A DNA stretch of 64,000 nt from the human T2T-CHM13v2.0 reference genome, Homo sapiens. The notes below the pieces were generated by a model, which saw nothing but the letters and a program-made list of their open reading frames with translations, had not been told where the DNA came from and did no database searches. The DNA is taken from assembly GCF_009914755.1 (NCBI RefSeq), contig NC_060937.1, one strand, 5' to 3'. Shown piece by piece: positions 60,250 to 64,000 of this stretch. Numbering within the stretch: the first letter of the stretch is position 1; each line of letters opens with the position of its first letter. The position numbers were made by a program, and so were the translations under genes.

Positions 60250-61699
60250 GAAACTAAAACATTTTAGCTAAACTAAAATGATCACAAATACAATTCTATA
60301 TTCTGTGCTTTATTTCAGTACATCAGAATTTTTGTTAACCCAGACTTTAATCTTTACTTAAAGTATCATTTTTCCATATTCCTTTATATCTCTTAAGTAA
60401 ATTGTACGTTTTAAATAAATTATTGTATTATATAAAGCATGATTATATAATAGGCTTGTCTAGGAGAAACAAACTGCAACTGTACCAGCATCTTTAATCA
60501 GAGAGCCTTGTGTATCAGTCTTTAATACAATTTTATGATATGGAAGAGAACTTTGTTTGAGATTAGCAGTGATATATCTTCATTAAAGATTATTGAGGAA
60601 AGTATGGTAATTTCAAATTTGTACACATATTGTTACACTAGAAAAAAAGCAGTAAGGCATATTAACTTGTTAATGAGTGTATGAAACTGTTGTAATTAAA
60701 AGAAGAAAATAATGTTTGGCTTCTTTTCAATAGTTAAGAGAGTTAAATACAAAAGTAATTTTTATAACTCTTGTCTTTTAATTAGTGTCTGTGATATTAC
60801 TAGAAAATTGTAATAACGTTTTTAAGATTTTGGATCTTCCATTAAAAGTGACTTTAATTAACTACTTTTCATAAAACCTACTCAATGTGTCTTTCAAAAT
60901 GTTATCACAGTTTATTTTAAATCTTTTGAATTTTATTTGGCAGGCCTTCCAGACTAATCAGATAACAGTCATTTCTCGTTCCAAAAAATGTTTACATATT
61001 TTACAGTCATAGTTTTCAAGCCATATTTTTTTACTCACATGTTCTTGGTATCAGTCAATTTCCCTTAGGCTAAAATTATCCTGAACCTGCTTGTATCCTT
61101 ACCAATGCCACTGCTGCTATTACTATTACCAACAACAAAAAATAATGATTACAGTATTTTTTTGTTCTTACTCTGGCCATAATATATGCTCATGTACAGT
61201 TGACCTGCACTTTCATATTTCATATTTGTAGTATGTTGTGTGCTAGATGTTTTTATTATTCATATTTTACCTGTGGGAAATTGTAACTGCCCACATTCAC
61301 ACAGAAAATAAGTGATTTAAAATCAGTAGTTGAATTTATATTTTCATGGAAATCACCTGTCTAGTGCTTGTATATTTTCCTTTTTCAGTATTTGTATGAT
61401 TCCATTTTTAAAATTTAGATTCCTGATCCATTTCAGATTTAGCTTTGTATATAGCATGACATATGAATCCAATTTTATCTTTTCTCCCAAAGATCTTTCC
61501 AGTTATCTCAACATCATATATTCTAGATCACTATTTCTCCACTAATTTGAGATGCTACTTTTATCCCACATGAAATTTCCATATGAAATGTTCCCACATC
61601 TACATTTTCTACTGTACTCCTATGTCTGTTCATACTCTCATAATTTACTTTTTAAAATACAGAAGTTTCATAATAACATTCAACATCTGGCAGGCCTAC

Positions 61700-62265
61700 A
61701 TATCATGCAGGTTTCAGAGAAGCAGAACTTTTACGTGTAATATTACAAAGATTTGACTGCATATAACCATGAAAGATGGTTTAAAGGACTCTAAAAGTCT
61801 TTTTTTTTTCATGCTAAACCTTGAAGTGTGACGGTCAGGCAATGAAGAAGAAAAAGTAGATAGTGGATATAAAATTGGAGAGAGCAAAGGCAGATTGTGA
61901 TTAATTACATAAAGATTGGAAAACATGTTAGTCTCTCACCACTTCCAATTTTGATCATGTTTCTGTCCTCTGGGGAAAGTTGGCAAACTTCATTATGAGA
62001 CTAAATATGCATTTGGTTCAATCGTTGGGGAGGGTGGAACAGCTCCTGGCAAGCTGCTCCACCACGCCAACAAGGTGAGTCAGCTGATGAGTATCAACAT
62101 GTGTGAGCTGAAACAGCACCTGGTGCTTCTTCACCAACCTTCTGATTATAAAATTAAGGTGGGTGCTGCTTCATGCTCACATTCCAGATTTCACACAAAA
62201 CATATCTTATGGCTAACTTCAGCCAGAAAGTATGGAAAAGGGAATTTTAGAAAACATAATTTATA
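61700..62265 (-). mobile_element. Old MLT2-like ERVL LTR remnant
   Basis: caggtttcagagaagcagaac..aacaaggtgagtcagc..aagggaattttagaaaacata. Confidence 0.45.
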
Positions 62266-62341
62266 GCTAAAATAAATATAATTTAGAGCTAAATTACACA
62301 TGTACTCTTGAAAACCCAGTATATGTATTATATATGTAATA

Positions 62342-63265
62342 TGTTGCTAAAATGCTAGGGGTTCCGTCTAGGCCCTGTTGCTCACAACACAGAAAGCCAA
62401 TCACTGAGATAACAAGTATTACTAGAGAAGAAGATGTTTTATTCTCAGCCAAGGAGAAGGGGAGATCAATCTCATATCTGTCTCCTCAACTGACTAAATT
62501 AGGGGGTTTATATAGTAGGGAAGGGATGTAGCTACATGCAGGAAAACAAGAATTAGAGAGGGTTAAGGAAACAATCAGGATGAGTGAGTGATCTGGATTG
62601 ACTGGATGAGGTGATCTGGTGAGTTTCAGTCCCTTGCTTCAGGGTTGGTGTGATGGTTAACATTGAGTGTCAACATGATTAGACTGAAGGATGCAAAATA
62701 TTGTTCCTGGATGCATCTGTGAGGGTGTTGCCAAAGGAGATCAACATTTGAGTCAGTGGACTGGGAGAGGCAGACCCACCCTCAATCTGGGTGGGCCCCA
62801 TCTAATCAGTTGCCAGTGCAGCAAAAATAAAGCGGGCAGAAGAAAGTGGAATGAGCAGACTTGCTGAGTCTTCCAGCCTCCATCTTTCTCCTGCGCTGGA
62901 TGCTTCCTGCCCTCGAACATCAAACTCCGAGTTCTTCAGCTTTTGGACTCCTGGACTTACACCAGTGGTTTGCCAGGGGCTCTCAGGCCTTCAGCCACAG
63001 ACTAAAGGCTACACTGTTGGCTTCCCTTCTTTTGAGGTTTTGGGACTCGGACTGGCTTCCTTGCTCCTCAGGTTGCAGACGGCCTATCATAGGACTTCAC
63101 CCTGTGATTGTGTGAGTCCATTTTCCTAATGAACTCCCCTTCATATATACATGCATCCTAATAGTTCTGTCCCTTTAGAGAACCCTGACTAATACAGTTG
63201 GTTTCCTGAGGAAGGAACTCACGAAACAAACGTAAGTTCCAAGTTTTAAAACTAGGAAGGTCAAT
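62342..63265 (-). mobile_element. ERV1 MER4-group LTR fragment (MER31-like), interrupted by MLT2A
   Basis: tgttgctaaaatgctaggggttccgtctagg..cacagaaagccaatcactgaga. Resumes after 63201 with tttcctgaggaaggaactca. Confidence 0.65.
62649..63196 (+). mobile_element. MLT2A1/MLT2A2 (HERV-L) solo LTR, full length
   Basis: tgtgatggttaacattgagtgtcaac..gagaaccctgactaataca. Perfect 5-bp TSD gttgg at 62644-62648 and 63197-63201. Confidence 0.95.
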
Positions 63266-63332
63266 TTCTATGCTTATTCACAAATAAGTAAATAGTATAA
63301 ATAGTATTTTTATGGGGAAATTCAGCTGGTTT

Positions 63333-63653
63333 TATATATCTATATATACACACACACACGTATATATGTGTGTATACATGTAGGTATATATATGTGTGTG
63401 TACATGCATATGTATATGTAAATTTATATGTATATGTGTGTGCATATATATATGCCACGTGTGTATATATACTATGTGTATGTGTATGTGAGTATGTGTG
63501 TGTGTGTGTGTATTTACACACACACCATGTTGTATATGCATATATATACACATTACACACACACGTGTGTATGTTTGTGTGTGTGTGCACATACATATCA
63601 TGGTATATATCTATACTCATGGTTTTCAAGAATACATATCTGTATGTATGTAT
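63333..63653. repeat. Degenerate (TA/TG/CA)n low-complexity tract
   Basis: Read directly from the sequence. It is the source of the five overlapping V/C/Y/H/T-rich ORFs. Confidence 0.92.
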
Positions 63654-64000
63654 AATAAAGCCACCTCAATATGGTTTTCATAAACTCTGCACCCAAACAG
63701 GCCTGTAAAAACCCTATGTAACTTCTAAATAGAGACAAAGACAATTATGGAGTCATGTTTCCACCAGACACGATGCAGCTATCGCACATGCAACTGAAAA
63801 CAAGCTTACTTTTTCCCTAAAAAAAGATAATAAATCCATTTTATGCCTCTGGTTGATGTTCATTATTCTTTAACCTGAGTCATATTACCCTCTTTATAAC
63901 TTAAATACTGAGATACAAAGTTAACTACTATTAATGTGCTTTCTTGTAGTTGGCACTGGAAAAATAAAGGGGGAATTCTTAAATATACATTCATACACAA

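Noticed and set aside
63261-63708. Five overlapping His/Thr/Tyr- or Val/Cys-rich ORFs
   Set aside because: Translation of dinucleotide low-complexity sequence.

Overview
AT-rich, repeat-dense primate (probably human or hominoid) non-coding DNA, either intergenic or deep intronic. I find no credible protein-coding gene, structural RNA gene, CpG island or CRISPR array. The recognisable ORFs in the track are L1 ORF2 remnants, Alu or LTR read-through, or low-complexity artefacts. The window holds about 17 Alus, several L1 fragments of different ages, about 12 solo LTRs (LTR7/HERV-H, MSTA, MST-type, LTR8, MER50, MLT1, MLT2A, LTR47-like and others), MER44/MER58/MER33/MER3 DNA transposons, MIRs and microsatellites. 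I cannot support a new biological system. The best leads are: (1) a perfect 43-bp inverted copy of nearby MLT1 sequence inserted into a MER44A about 0.8 kb away; (2) a solo LTR7 whose poly(A) signal was hit and duplicated by a young L1PA 3' end; (3) an old, unassigned ~336-bp tandem duplication; (4) several templated or fold-back micro-insertions; (5) a few candidate non-coding exons. Subfamily names come from recalled consensus sequences, not from a search.
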